NCBI RefSeq assembly: GCF_009914755.1 | Contig: NC_060934.1 | Strand: one strand, 5' to 3' | Length of the DNA: 64,000 nucleotides | From: the human T2T-CHM13v2.0 reference genome, Homo sapiens | Part shown: positions 1 through 11,650 of the stretch, piece after piece | Layout of the letters: each line of letters opens with the position of its first letter | Numbering within the stretch: the stretch's first letter is position 1 | Notes under the pieces: generated by a model | Told to the model about the DNA's origin: nothing | The model's input: only the letters and a program-made list of their open reading frames with translations | The model's database searches: none | Made by a program: the position numbers and the translations under genes

Positions 1-186
1 AAGTTTTCAAGTGATTTATTAAATATTTCTAGACACCTGTTCCCTTCTGTTCTCTTTTGTAGTTCCTATAATACAAATAGGTTTTCACTAAATGTTTCTT
101 GTAAATGCTGTAGGCCTTCCTCACTCCATATTCTATTTTATTTTTGTTACCTGTGTTATTTGCTTTTAAGTCCAGTGATTCTTCTA

Positions 187-322
187 GCTGGGCATGGTGG
201 TGTGAACCTGTAGTCCTAGCTACTTGGGACACTGAAGTAGGAGGATCACTTGTAAGCCCAGGAGATCGAGGCTAGCCTAGGCAACATAGCAAGATCCCAT
301 CTCTGTTAAAAAAGAAGAAAGA
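187..322 (+). mobile_element. FLAM_A-like Alu monomer inside the L1
   Basis: GCTGGGCATGGTGG..CCTGTAGTCCTAGCTACT..GCCTAGGCAACATAGCAAGATCCCATCTCT plus A-rich tail; single arm. Confidence 0.85.
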
Positions 323-920
323 GTAATTATTTTTTCTGCTTAGTCAAGTCTGTGGTTGAAGCTCTCTGTTGCATTTTTAAAGTTTTATTCATTGAATTCT
401 TCAGATCTAGGATTTATTTTGTTCTTTTTTTCTGATATCTCTGTTGTTGAATTTTTCTTCCAAATTATGAATTGTTTTTCTTATTTTGTTGAATTGTCTA
501 TCTGTATTCTCCTATATCTCACTGAAGTTCCTTAAGATTATTTTGAATTTTCTTTCTGATATTTCATATGTTTACTTATGTTGGGTTCTATTAGTGGAGA
601 AATATTGTTTTCCTTTGGGGATATCATGTTTTCTTTGCTTTTTCATGTTTGATGTATTCCTACATAAAATTCTTCCAATTTTATGGAGTAGGTTTTGTAT
701 GGAAAGAATTATTAGTATGAATGGGTCTTGGGGTATTAGTTCAATGGGGTGTATTGGTATTGGTTCTAGGTAGATGAAGTAGTGTAGTCTCCATGTAGTT
801 TCTTCAGCTATAATCCACATTAGTGACATAGTAGTGACTTTTTCAAGTGTCTTGGTAGCCTTTGCAAAGAGAGTTTGTAGCAGTGGTGATGTGGCTTTGT
901 TGGAGAGTGTGCTCACCTTG

Positions 921-1600
921 CTGTTTCTCAGATTACGGGCATGTGAGTACACACAGTGGGTAGGGCAACTTGCATTCTGGCTTGCTGGGGTTGAGGTCAT
1001 AGGACTGTCACTCTTGGAGCATAGGCATGCAGTCACTTGGCTGACCTGGGGGCTTGCCTGTCAGGAACAACCTATGAGATTGGTTTTCAAGCTTAAGATG
1101 TGAGTGTATAGCTGCTCAGTTGGCCTGGAAAGATTTTTTCCAGGGTTGGCCTTTGGGGCTGTTTTTCAGGCCCAGGAGACAAGTTGAAGGCTGCTTGGCT
1201 GTCCTGGGGGCTTGCTTGCCAGGAACAACCCACAGGGCTATTTCTTAATCCCAGGATGCAGGTGCATTGCTGCTCGGCTGGCTTGGGGGAATATCTGCTG
1301 GGAGTGCCTCATGGGGTCGTGTCTCAGGCCCAGGATATGCTTATATGGCTTTCTGGCGAGCCTGTGGGTGTGCCTGCCAGGGGTGGCCTGTAGAGGTGTT
1401 TCTCAGGTGCTGGATGTGGACTCATGGCTGCTTGTATTGCCTGGAGGCATGCCCAACAGTGGCAGCCTGTGGAACTGTTTCTAGGCCCTGATTGCCAGTG
1501 CAAGGCTTTTAGGCAGGCCAAGGGCCTGCCTGGAGAGGTTGCAATGTGGCTGTTTCTCAGGCCCTGAGTGCAGGCATGTAGCCGCTCCTCTGGCCTAGGG
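921..1600. repeat. Degenerate ~79-bp tandem array in the L1 5'UTR
   Basis: Anchor CTGTTTCTCAGGCCC variants at 921, ~1005, 1080, 1159, 1238, 1317, 1396, 1475, 1550. Confidence 0.85.
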
Positions 1601-2769
1601 GCGTATTAGCTGCACAGAGTCTCAAGGGCCTCTCCTGCTTGGGGGAGGGCATGCAATGGTTTGACTGGCTTGGCTGGCTCAAGGACCACATTGTCCTGTG
1701 TGGGACTGCCAGAACATTCCTTTGGCTCAGAAGTGCAGTGGTGGGGATTGGTTTCCCTGCTGTGTAGGACCAGAGTCACAGCCAATCCTGGACCTAGGCT
1801 CCATTCAGCTGGGGTTGTGGCATTCAGCCGCCTGTGTGGGCTTGGTGGAACGAAAATGAACTGCAGTACTGGAGAGATGCAGAGGCTACTGGACACTTGA
1901 GCAAGGTACACTCCAGAGGTGGCTCTGGTCTCAACATGGCACCATGCTGCAGCATCTTGGCTCAAGGGCTTGAGTAGGGAATGAGAAGTGCACACCTTGT
2001 ATTCTTAATTGAGGGCAATGCAGCTGAGGGAATTCCTGGCAGCTTCTAAACTGGGCTCAGAGCTTGTAAGGACTGTGGGATTCTTCTGTAGTAAGGATTA
2101 TAGGTGTTTTTGGTAGCAATGGGGGCTGGTGGGGATCTTCTCCTTACCTATTCCCTATAACACGAAGTCACTGCTGATCCTAAACAGATCCAATCCAGGT
2201 GGAGAAGACAGGGCAAAGGCTGGGTGCCTCCATGCTGCCTTTCTGGACTTCCATTCACCACAGGTGCATCTCCACTCCCCCATTGCACTCCAGCACTCTC
2301 CCTTCGACACTCCAGTCAAAGCATAGCTCTTTATTCATTGTCTCAATCCTCTCTTGTGGTAGGGATGAGCACCAGGTGTCTCTAGTCAGACATCTTGCTG
2401 ACATCACTGCTGAAATTTTTGTATGGACACTCAGTCCACTGTTACTGCCAACCCTAATTTTTGTGATGAAATATATTAATATTAGCATGTATATTTCTCA
2501 TGAGTATCAATAATGGATAATCTAATTTCTATCCCCAGTTTCTGTCTATACAGCCAAAGCCCTCTTCCCCATTAATAAAACTGATGAATTAATTATATCC
2601 TTTGGCTTTTATAAATATTAAAATATTTTGAAGTGGATATTGCAATATGGTACTTCTTGGCCTTAAGTTTTTTTTTTACGTCTGGGATTAATAGGGTAAA
2701 GAAAAACTATACTAATCATATTTATATGAACAGTTGATTCAGGAAACTACTTTTCTGTGAACTGTAGCT

Positions 2770-3080
2770 ATTTTTCTGTGAAGGATAGAGCAGTAGTTAT
2801 TCATTTGGTATACATTTATTACTTTCAGTGTACTTGGCAATCTACTGCTTTCTGAGATTACAGAGATCAAAAGACAATTGCTGTTCTCAAAGAGCTTAGT
2901 GGGGAGAGAAACAAACACAATTCTACTGAAATGTGATAATTGCAATGATAGATGCACACAGGGTGCTATATGAAGATAAAGGGTAGGCATCTAACGAGTA
3001 ATGTGGACCTAAGAATAATTTCCTAGAGGAGTGCCCTAGCTATGTCTTACAGGATTTGGAGTTGGCCAGCACATGAAAAT
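2770..3080 (-). mobile_element. L2 3' fragment
   Basis: TTCATT..ACATTTATT..CTGTTCTCAAAGAGCTTAGTGGGGAGA pattern of L2 3' ends. Confidence 0.55.
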
Positions 3081-3348
3081 ATTGGTAAAGAGGCCAGAGA
3101 AATGCCTAAGTCTTTTCTCTTAACTTGTCTTGAGAGCTACTAGCTTAATGGCTAGAGGATAAGATATATGAGGTAGCATGTAGGAGAGACCTATCAGTTT
3201 TATAATATTTTTGAAGAATGTGACAAGGTGTATTTGTAAAGTATTATTTTTAGCATATGGGACAAACAACATAAGTTAAAATCTGTTTATATTCTTGTGA
3301 TGCCAGGAGCTTTATTTCTTTTACTACAAAAAATAAGGGACAATTACC

Positions 3349-3659
3349 GTCCGGGCATGGTGGCTGACGCCTGTAATCCCAGCACTTTGGGAGGCTGAGG
3401 CAGGCCGATCACAAGGTCAGGAGTTCGAGACCATCCCGGCTAACACAATGAAACCCCGTGTCTACTAAAAAAAATACAAAAAAATTAGCTGGGCGTGGTG
3501 GTGGGTGCCTGTAGTCCCAGCTACTCAGGAGGCCGAGGCAGGAGAATGGCGTGAACCCAGGAGGTGGAACTTGCAGTGAGCCAAGATCGAGATTGCGCCA
3601 CTGCACTCCAGTCTGGGCGACAGAGTAAGACTCCGTCTTAAAAAAAAAAAAAAAAAAAA
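3349..3659 (+). mobile_element. AluY
   Basis: GAGAATGGCGTGAACCC diagnostic; TSD AAGGGACAATTACC at 3335-3348 and 3658-3671. Confidence 0.93.
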
Positions 3660-3799
3660 GGGACAATTACCAATGAACATGTGAAAATTAGTTCTCACTA
3701 CCACTTATGCAGAGCTTATTATTGGCAGATTCAAATTCCCTGATATTTAGAAAGTACTGATATTTGATATTAGAACTCTGTTGTTTTCTTTCTTGCTTA

Positions 3800-5000
3800 A
3801 GACATATTATTTTTAGTTCTTACAATATAACCTTGAAATGTGCTTTTTTGAGATTGCATATTTCAAGATTGTTATGTTAGTGTTCACTTTTTCTTCCCTA
3901 TTATAAATAATAATGATTGAACTAATAATTATTTTGAATGTGTGATGAACTTAGACTTGATAAGTTCATCACACATTCAAAAGTTCCATTTGCTAAGGAA
4001 TGTGATGCTAACTAGCATGCCCTGTAAATGAAGAATGTTTTGGTTTATCAGAAAGCTGAACTTCAGCAAGATTTCAAAGGTGGAGACTTCTGCAAGGTGA
4101 CATTCAATTATGCATATCTTTATATAAAATGAATTCTGAGTCATTACAGTTGTATAAACTGAAGATAACCCTTTTTTGGCAAATAAAGATTGACAAATTC
4201 ATGCACTTTATAGAGATATCTTGGGTCAAATGATCATTTACTTATCAGAAATGGCTAATGAAATGTTACAGTGATTTATGGTGTGCTGCAGTAAATTTTC
4301 ATAATATAGTTATTTATCTTACATAAGATAATGAACTGCCTGTCCAGTTCATTTACTGAGTAATAGTTACTTTAAATGTTTTATCAGCAGCTCCATTTTT
4401 CTGTTTTCCTCCTCTTCCTCTCAGATTTTTATCACGATGAGTTAGGGAGTAATATTTCATTTTAAATGACTTGTCTTGACTATAGATAGTTCAGGGATAT
4501 AGGCAGAATTGCTGTCATGTGAAACACAGTTGTTAATCTGAAATATCTATGTTGAATTGACTCCTGCTGTTATTATCAAGAGCTATAAGAATGTTTTAGG
4601 TTTTTGCTTATTAAAATATTTTTCAGAATAATATATGAAATATATGCTGGTCACAATGTGAAGCAGCATGTGTGTTTTTATAATTAGAAGCATTATTTAT
4701 TAAGTACCATCTTTGTTTTAGGCACTGTGCTGATGATGGAAGATAACAATTTTTATTCTAATGAATTTTGTTTAGCAAAATTTACTGATTACCTACTATA
4801 TGTACAGTACTTGGGCAATATCAGATCTATTGTCATAACAAGAATTTATAAGATATTTAAATTTTATCCAAGAAACATTTGTTGAGTGTTTACTATGTGA
4901 AATTTATTGTATTTGTACTCTGCACACATTTCTAGGTGTGGCTATCTTTTAAGATCTCTAGGACTATATGCACATCATAATTAGAATAAATACTGGATAT
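3800..5000 (-). pseudogene. Candidate endogenous bornavirus-like L fragment (EBLL), N-terminal RdRp region
   Basis: Minus-strand NSAYIPELSIVKTS (4510-4469) vs BoDV-1 L KSWYFPEIRMVDGS. Weaker matches follow in the right order: VHYL~VHLL, DISIKCM~IVSDKAI, VIFSLYN~WVFEYN, IIECHLAEV~LIDGRLDNI. Boundaries approximate; by-eye comparison. Confidence 0.5.
3932..3982. repeat. Perfect 22-bp inverted repeat with 7-nt loop
   Basis: TTTTGAATGTGTGATGAACTTA-GACTTGA-TAAGTTCATCACACATTCAAAA. Confidence 0.97.
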
Positions 5001-5679
5001 AAATATCTTATTTCTATGTTGTTAATGTCTAAGGTGGAGAAACATTTTTCTCTATCCTGGTACTCCATAATGTTTAAAAAAAAAGAACAATGTGGAGTTT
5101 TGACATCATTTCACATTGTAATATAATATTGGTAGCTTAGTATTTTGGAAAATAAATCTATTATCATATATATTAAAATAGAGATGTTTATAATATAAAA
5201 AATTGTAAAGATTAGTAACTTGGATCATGAATATATCATTTTTAATATAAGAACATTTTAAAATTGAGTAATTATTAAGGTTATAAATATGGTAAAGATT
5301 TTTATTTCAAGTTAATTTTGAAATATTACAGCATTAAGAATAGTTATGTAGTATTTGTCAATCTTAGTTAAATTATAGGCACGAGCATCAGATTTTATTA
5401 CTTTTGTTGTTTTTTGTTAATAAAATTATATGACATAAATTTATCCAAAAATCATATAGAAGTCCAGATTTATTTGTAGACGTCTGAGCTAAGAGAGAGG
5501 CAGTTATTCTTCTGTAAGTCTTTTTGCTAGGTCTTGTTATGAAGTCTTCACTCAGACTCTATATATTGTTTGTTGATTTTATTTTCTAGTTTCACAATGC
5601 AGATAATGGCAATTTATCTTTAGAGTCTTAATCCTATAACTGATTACATTGATAGTAGTAATAGTAATAGAAGCAGCAG

Positions 5680-5810
5680 CAGCAATAACAATATGTTAAG
5701 TTTTTAAATAATCCTACCTTATCAGATAGATAATTATATCTCCACTTTATAGAAGAGTAAACTGAGGTTCATGAAGGCTAAATAAGTTATTCCAATCATG
5801 TAGCTAAATA
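5680..5810 (-). mobile_element. MIR fragment
   Basis: CCACTTTATAGAAGAGTAAACTGAGG core. Confidence 0.65.
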
Positions 5811-6022
5811 TAAAACCTGTGTTTTAAAAACAGTGTTCTATTCTACATCATTCTCCAAAATATGCTATAATTGTTAATTATTCTTAGTACTAAAACTCAT
5901 TAGAAAGGCAGCTTTATATATTTTCAAATATAATTTTTAATGATAGTGAACTATTTGCTAAGGAATATGCCATATTTTTACATCTAACTTTCTTTGAATG
6001 CCCCTTTTCCTGTTGTTTACAG

Positions 6023-6236
6023 AAAGTATCACCTTGGGTAGGCTTGCGCAAGATCAATATATCCTATTGGGGATGGGAAGACATGTCTCCTTTTACAAAC
6101 ACAACACTACAGTGGCTTCCTGGCGAACCCAATGATTCTGGGTTTTGTGCATATCTGGAAAGGGCTGCAGTGGCAGGCTTAAAAGCTAATCCTTGTACAT
6201 CTATGGCAAATGGCCTTGTCTGTGAAAAACCTGTTG
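6023..6236 (+). CDS. ATRNL1: ATRNL1 internal coding exon, C-terminal part of C-type lectin domain
   Basis: Polypyrimidine tract + AG at 6021-6022, donor G|gtaagt at 6237. 214 nt, phase 0 to 1. Encodes KVSPWVGLRKINISYWGWEDMSPFTNTTLQWLPGEPNDSGFCAYLERAAVAGLKANPCTSMANGLVCEKPV (WVGL, W..GEPN, C..L lectin motifs), recognised as attractin-like 1. Confidence 0.96.
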
Positions 6237-6699
6237 GTAAGTAGTCCAGTAAATTAGCATTCCTTTAAAAGTATGTTTCCCACCCATCTTCTCATTCCTT
6301 CCTTCTAGGGTGTAGTCTTATTCTATGATATTTATGTAAATTTTATTTTTATACACATTCTTCCCCACTTACTATTAGTGATCTCAGCATTAACTTGTGA
6401 AAATAACATAATATTATTATTTTATGCAAACTTTGTTGGTTCAAATAGTGAGATTGTGGTTGTAGTTACTTATAATATGACAATAATCTATTCTTAATTC
6501 ATTAATGTCTTTTACTTTTATCATGATAGTGTTTGGGAAGAAGATTTGCTTTTAAGATTAATGGCTAATTGGGACTCCTTTTACTCTTGTAGACATATTT
6601 CAGTTATCAAGTAAAAAGAAACATTTTTGTTACATCTTCTGAAATGGATTTTTGTTAAGTAAGAAAGGAATATTGAATTCTTTTCTTTTAAATCTTATA

Positions 6700-7392
6700 T
6701 TTTTATCATGGTAAAATGTACTTAAAATTTACCATTTTAACCATTGTAAATGTATTTTAATGCCAATTCAATGGCATTAAATACTTTGACACTGTTGTGC
6801 AAACATCATCACCATTTAGCTCCAGAACTTTTTCATTTTGCAAAACTAAAAATCTGTACCCATTAAACAATAACTCTCCATTTCCTCCACCCCACCCCCT
6901 ACAGTCCCTAGCAACTACTGTTCTACTTTCTGTCTCTATGAATTTACTACTTCAGGTACCTCATATGGTGAAATCATACAGTATATGTGCTTTGTGACTG
7001 GCTTATTCCCTTAGCATAATGTCTTTAGGGTTTAACCAAGTTGTAGGATATATGAGAATTTCCTTCCTTTTTAAGGTTGACCAATATTACATTATATGTA
7101 AATACTACATTTTGTTCATCCATTCATTTATCAATGGATACTTGCGTTGCTTCTACCTTTTTGCTATTGTGAGTAATGCTGCTATGAATGTGGGTGTATG
7201 AATAACTGTTCAGCTTCTTGCTTTCACTTCTTTGGGGTATATATATATAGCCAGAAGCAGAATTACAAAATAATGTGGCAATTCTGTTTTTCACATTCCC
7301 ACCAGCAGTGCACAAAGGTTTCAATTTCTCTCCATCCTTGCCAATATTTATTTCCTATTATTTTTAAATAATGGCCATCTTAAAGGCTGTGA
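6700..7392 (-). mobile_element. L1MB-type 3' end
   Basis: AAATTTACCATTTTAACCATT..CTCCAGAACTTTTTCAT..CCCATTAAACAATAACTC 3'UTR followed by ORF2 C-terminus antisense. Confidence 0.8.
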
Positions 7393-7843
7393 TAAATATT
7401 GTATCTTGTGTAATATTTTATGATAAGCTGTATTTTTATTCTTTGTTTATATCAAAGACATGTTCACTTACAGGACATTTACTTTGTAAGATGTGGAATG
7501 CTATGGAAAACGTGGCTGGGAAAAAATTGTGGCTGGGAAAATAAACAGTGCTGGTATACAAACTAGGTCATAGATTACATTACTGCTTATAATACTTAAA
7601 ATTATACAACTTTATATACTTTGTAAAGAATTACAAATTTCAAAGGAGTTATACATTTTCAAATTTAATAAAAATTTTAAGAAGTATTGATATATCATCT
7701 TTGTTTTTATCTACCTCATCATATTATAATGCCACAGTTGGCTTAATTGAAACATGCCCTGAACAGCAAAGCAAAGAAAACCCATACAATTGTGTTAACA
7801 TGAAGTTAAAAATGAAATTATTGTATTTGTTTATTTATTCCAG

Positions 7844-8032
7844 TTAGTCCAAATCAAAATGCGAGGCCGTGCAAAAAGCCATGCTCTCTGAGGACATCAT
7901 GTTCCAACTGTACAAGCAATGGCATGGAGTGTATGTGGTGCAGCAGTACGAAACGATGTGTTGACTCTAATGCCTATATCATCTCTTTTCCATATGGACA
8001 ATGTCTAGAGTGGCAAACTGCCACCTGCTCCC
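7844..8032 (+). CDS. ATRNL1: ATRNL1 coding exon, PSI domain
   Basis: ttccag| acceptor, C|gtaagt donor. 189 nt, phase 1-1. (V)SPNQNARPCKKPCSLRTSCSNCTSNGMECMWCSSTKRCVDSNAYIISFPYGQCLEWQTATCS(P), in frame with the previous exon. Not in the ORF track. Confidence 0.96.
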
Positions 8033-8199
8033 GTAAGTATTTATCTAGAGTGACTTTTCACTTGACAGCAACGTAAATTTACTTTTCTGTGATGTAAAGA
8101 AGAATTAAATATTTGAAGAAGTTTCAAAAAATGAGAAAAAATATTGTTACGGCTACTTTTGAAACCAACTGGTACTGTTAACCTCTGATTTTTATTATA

Positions 8200-8520
8200 T
8201 CATCATTTTGCATGCCACTAAGTATCTTACCCTAAATATTAACATATTGCCACATATGTACAGCCTCTTTTCCCTGAACTGTGTGTATGTTGCAGACAGT
8301 ATAACACTTCATGAGAGTGTTCACCTCAAACATCACAGATTGCTTTGGTGAGCCTTTTTAGTATCTTTTAATCTAGTGCAATTCCCATATCTTTTCCTTA
8401 TATGACTTTGATATTTTTGAATAACCTATACCAATTGTTTTGGAGGTTTCTCAATTTGGATTTGTCTAATTTTTCCCTCATGATTAGATTCAGGAAAGCA
8501 TTTTGGGGCAAGAATATTTT
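8200..8520 (-). mobile_element. L1MC/ME 3'UTR fragment
   Basis: TATGACTTTGATATTTTTGA..CTCAATTTGGATTTGTCT..CTCATGATTAGATTCAGG motif. Confidence 0.55.
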
Positions 8521-8524
8521 ATCA

Positions 8525-9000
8525 ATGTTGGTATATCTGCTACAAGTATAGAATGCACAGTCTTGAAATCACATAGAGTTATGTCAGCAGGGCAGTACTG
8601 GGCTTGCTATGAGTTATACTTCAGGAGAAAGATTTTGCCCCTTGCTGATCTCTCATGTTTTCTAAGGACTATAGGATAAGGCTGCACCTGAATGAATATT
8701 TAATACTGGGTACTATGTGGTGAGAGTGGCCTTGCTTACAAACACAAATGGCGTCAGAATACAGCTGCCAAGGGAATTGCATAATGCTACTGGGAGCACT
8801 TGTTAGCCTTGTAGGAACTTAAGACCGTGTGAAACTCTTTCTGCTTGGGAGAAAAAAGTGCCAATCTTAGCTAGCTTCTTCATAGCAGAGAATATGGTTT
8901 ATCTTTCTGCAATCCACTCTTTGACACTGACGCTCATCAAAAATATGCCTTTTCACCTGAATTAATTGGTATGTTCAGATTTGGAACAAAAAAGTAGAAA
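8525..9000 (-). pseudogene. Endogenous bornavirus-like G fragment (EBLG), GP-N region
   Basis: WHFF (from 8863)~YWGFF; SQAERV~SADRI; ICVC-x17-CS (8749-8681) in exact register with BoDV-1 G ICRC-x17-CS; RGKIFL~SGKAML; DITLCD (8585-8568)~GTILCN. Multiple frameshifts and stops. Confidence 0.7.
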
Positions 9001-9191
9001 GTTTTACTTACTCCTGCTGCTCTCATGACCTGTTTCTCAATGTTGGTTGCATTCATTCATATCCCACTCATTGGTATCTGTCCCTCTTGTAATTAATCCA
9101 GACTTTATGTCCTTTTTTTTTTGAATAATATACTTTTCAGGGGCCCAGTAGTTACCATTCTACCACCATAGAAAGCTGCAGAATCACCTGA

Positions 9192-9510
<319 letters not shown>

Positions 9511-10373
9511 GGTATCCAAGTTTATGTCCGTTGAGGATGCTTTGATTTGAACAAAGCAAAATATCAGTTATTTGGTAAAGTCCAAACAGACAAATAAAAT
9601 CAGAAGTTCTTTTGCTTCTTTTTCAGTTCCCTTCTTCTCAACATCTGAGTGTCCAGGAAGCTCACAAAGAAAAAAGGAGCAAGACTCCTTGGATTTTTTT
9701 TTCTTCCAATACTTTAACCTGCAGTAAACAGGATTTGAAATGAGTGAATCTAATTAACATGTTGGTGTGTTTGATCCAGGTTCCAAAGAAACTGTAGTTA
9801 CAGTTCAGTCAAAGGAGACAAAATAACAGCCACTTGGAGTCTGGTGTATCTATTAAACTCAGGAATATGTTGTGGTTGAAATGTATTCAATGAGATAGGG
9901 AAAGCAACAGTTTCCCTCTCTATACAGGAATTCTCTCCAGGGGATCTTTATCCCGATTCTAATTCCTTTCTCCTAACAGCCCTAAGTTCTCCACTATCAT
10001 CATCTCTCTTCATTTGTCATATTTGAAACTTTTAAAGGTCAAAGGTCCATTTTAGGTTTTTGCATCAGTCCACTGGTTTCCCTCTGACCCTTTCTCTCCA
10101 GGAAACAGCCACTTGGAGTTTTCCTAGGAGTGTAGGCCATAACACAGCTTGTTTCTATAACGTTCATAAGTATCTTCAGGACTTTCTTATTAGATCATTG
10201 ACTTTCTTGCAGTCCCTCCATAGGAGCAGCCACTGGCAGCCTGACTGATGAAAATACAAACAACTATCCCAGCAGCAATATTTATTTTCTGCCCGTCCAC
10301 TCTTCCTTCCCTCCTTTGAGCTTTCTTGTTTTTCCTCTGAGAGGCAACCCATTCTAGTTAGCAATTATAGTAA

Positions 10374-11008
10374 TGATATGGCTCCCATGAGTGGAGGAAC
10401 ACCAGGGCTCTTGTCTCACGTTGAATTAGATTAAACAATACGGACACACGTGGAGTGGTTTTAAGGAGCAGAGAGTTTAATAGGCAAGAAAGAAAAGAAA
10501 AGGCAGAAGGTTCGCTCTTACAGAGACAGAGGGATGGGGGCTCCACAGCCGAAAGAGGAAACCCCAAGTGTGGTGCGTACCAGGCAGGTATATGTAGAGG
10601 CTGGAGGAGGGGGTGTCTGATTTGCATAGAGCTTAGGGGATTGGTTTGACCAGGCTTTCATTCAGGTAGCCCTCGGAAAAAAACTGGCCTTCCCACCCTA
10701 GCCTTTTAATATGCAAATGCAGGGCACCATGATGTTCTACACACATGGGGATATGTGGGGCGGCCATATTCCCAAATACATGTGGGGCAAGGGCAAGAGG
10801 ACAAAGGTGGGAATCGCCATGTTGAGTGGACCCAGTTTCTAATGGCTTGCATATGCATACTAAAGGTTGCCGGCTTGGCTCTAAGAGCTGGGACTTTTCT
10901 GTTAGACAAGAAACACTTTTGGAGGTGTTTTAAAAAGAAATGAAAACTTTCCAAGGACTCCTTTTTTCTCTATCTGCCTAAAATAATTTCTTAATAACTT
11001 CTATCACA
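10374..11008 (-). mobile_element. ERV1 solo LTR (LTR9/MER61-group-like) inserted in EBLN
   Basis: TG...CA termini, 4-bp TSD GTAA (10370-10373 / 11009-11012), 635 bp. Family name is from recollection. Confidence 0.8.
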
Positions 11009-11199
11009 GTAACTTCATAATTCTGAGATCCCTGTTGGTGGTAAATCTAGTATGTTGAAGCCTGTAAGTGTATGGCCCTTGGACAACATGGTCACCCAGT
11101 TGATACTAGTCCTTCTTGCTCAGATGAGTCATCTTCCCATTTAGAGGTAGCCACTGCATAAGGCAATGCACGTAGAGACTTACTGACTTTCTAGGCCTT

Positions 11200-11650
11200 T
11201 CATCACTCTCAGTGGTCCAGTCAAATATGTATTTGGTCCATAGTGGGCACCACTGTTACTTGAAGAGCTAAGGCAAAACAGTAACACAATGCAGGCTGGA
11301 ATCCCAGCTGCAGCTGTTGTGTTCATTTGTTCCTTCAGGCTCTTGGCATGAAGTGGAGAGGTATGCCTGGGATGGACATGGTTGGATGTATTATGAGTTG
11401 AGCTCCCTGTTGATATCCTTTTTTAGGGATTGTGGTAAGGAATGGGGGTGTTGTACCTGATCAAGTGGGTGGCAGTGTGGTGGTTGCAGGCATAAAATGG
11501 CCTTTGTGCATAGCAAAACATTTCAAAACTAGGAGCCAGCTGCCCAGGAGAGTTGAATACAAGAGTTGAAGACTTGTGGGGAATGAGACAATGCGCACCT
11601 TCTCCTGCTTCAATAGTCATGCTTGTCTCTCGACAAACATTATTGTTCAA
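11200..11650 (-). pseudogene. Candidate EBLP C-terminus, gene junction and EBLM N-terminus
   Basis: ORF 11423-11650(-) contains SMTIEAG (IEAG 11614-11603)~P SARIEAG and ends P-stop inside TAAAAAA (11425-11419). GSSTH~M MNSKH follows, then SIPGIP (11376-11359)~IVPGWP and VTVVP~IDVEP. Confidence 0.5.

Larger units (their letters stand above)
1..2408 (-). mobile_element. Old L1 (L1M/L1MA-type) 5' part: 5'UTR and start of ORF1
   Basis: Reverse complement at ~2376-2408 reads GTGATGTCAGCAAGATGTCTGACTAGA (L1 5'-end with decayed YY1 site). GC-rich UTR; T-rich ORF1 antisense at 1-700. Confidence 0.75.

Noticed and set aside
486-2513. Cluster of overlapping 65-154 aa ORFs
   Set aside because: They lie in the GC-rich L1 5'UTR and tandem array, with no splice or domain evidence.
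3988-5966. 14-mer ATTTGCTAAGGAAT occurring twice about 2 kb apart
   Set aside because: AT-rich, with no recognisable element bounded by it; plausible by chance.
9680-10320. Plus-strand KTPWIFFSS, SFPPL and FLIRSLTFL resembling G or L motifs
   Set aside because: Spacing is inconsistent with the viral proteins; the minus-strand N reading explains the region.
11370-11500. Plus-strand GHGWMYYEL..FFRD / GVLYLI resembling the bornavirus G C-terminus
   Set aside because: No supporting upstream G anchors at the right spacing, and it conflicts with the better-ordered minus-strand P/M reading. It shows the false-positive risk of by-eye matching.
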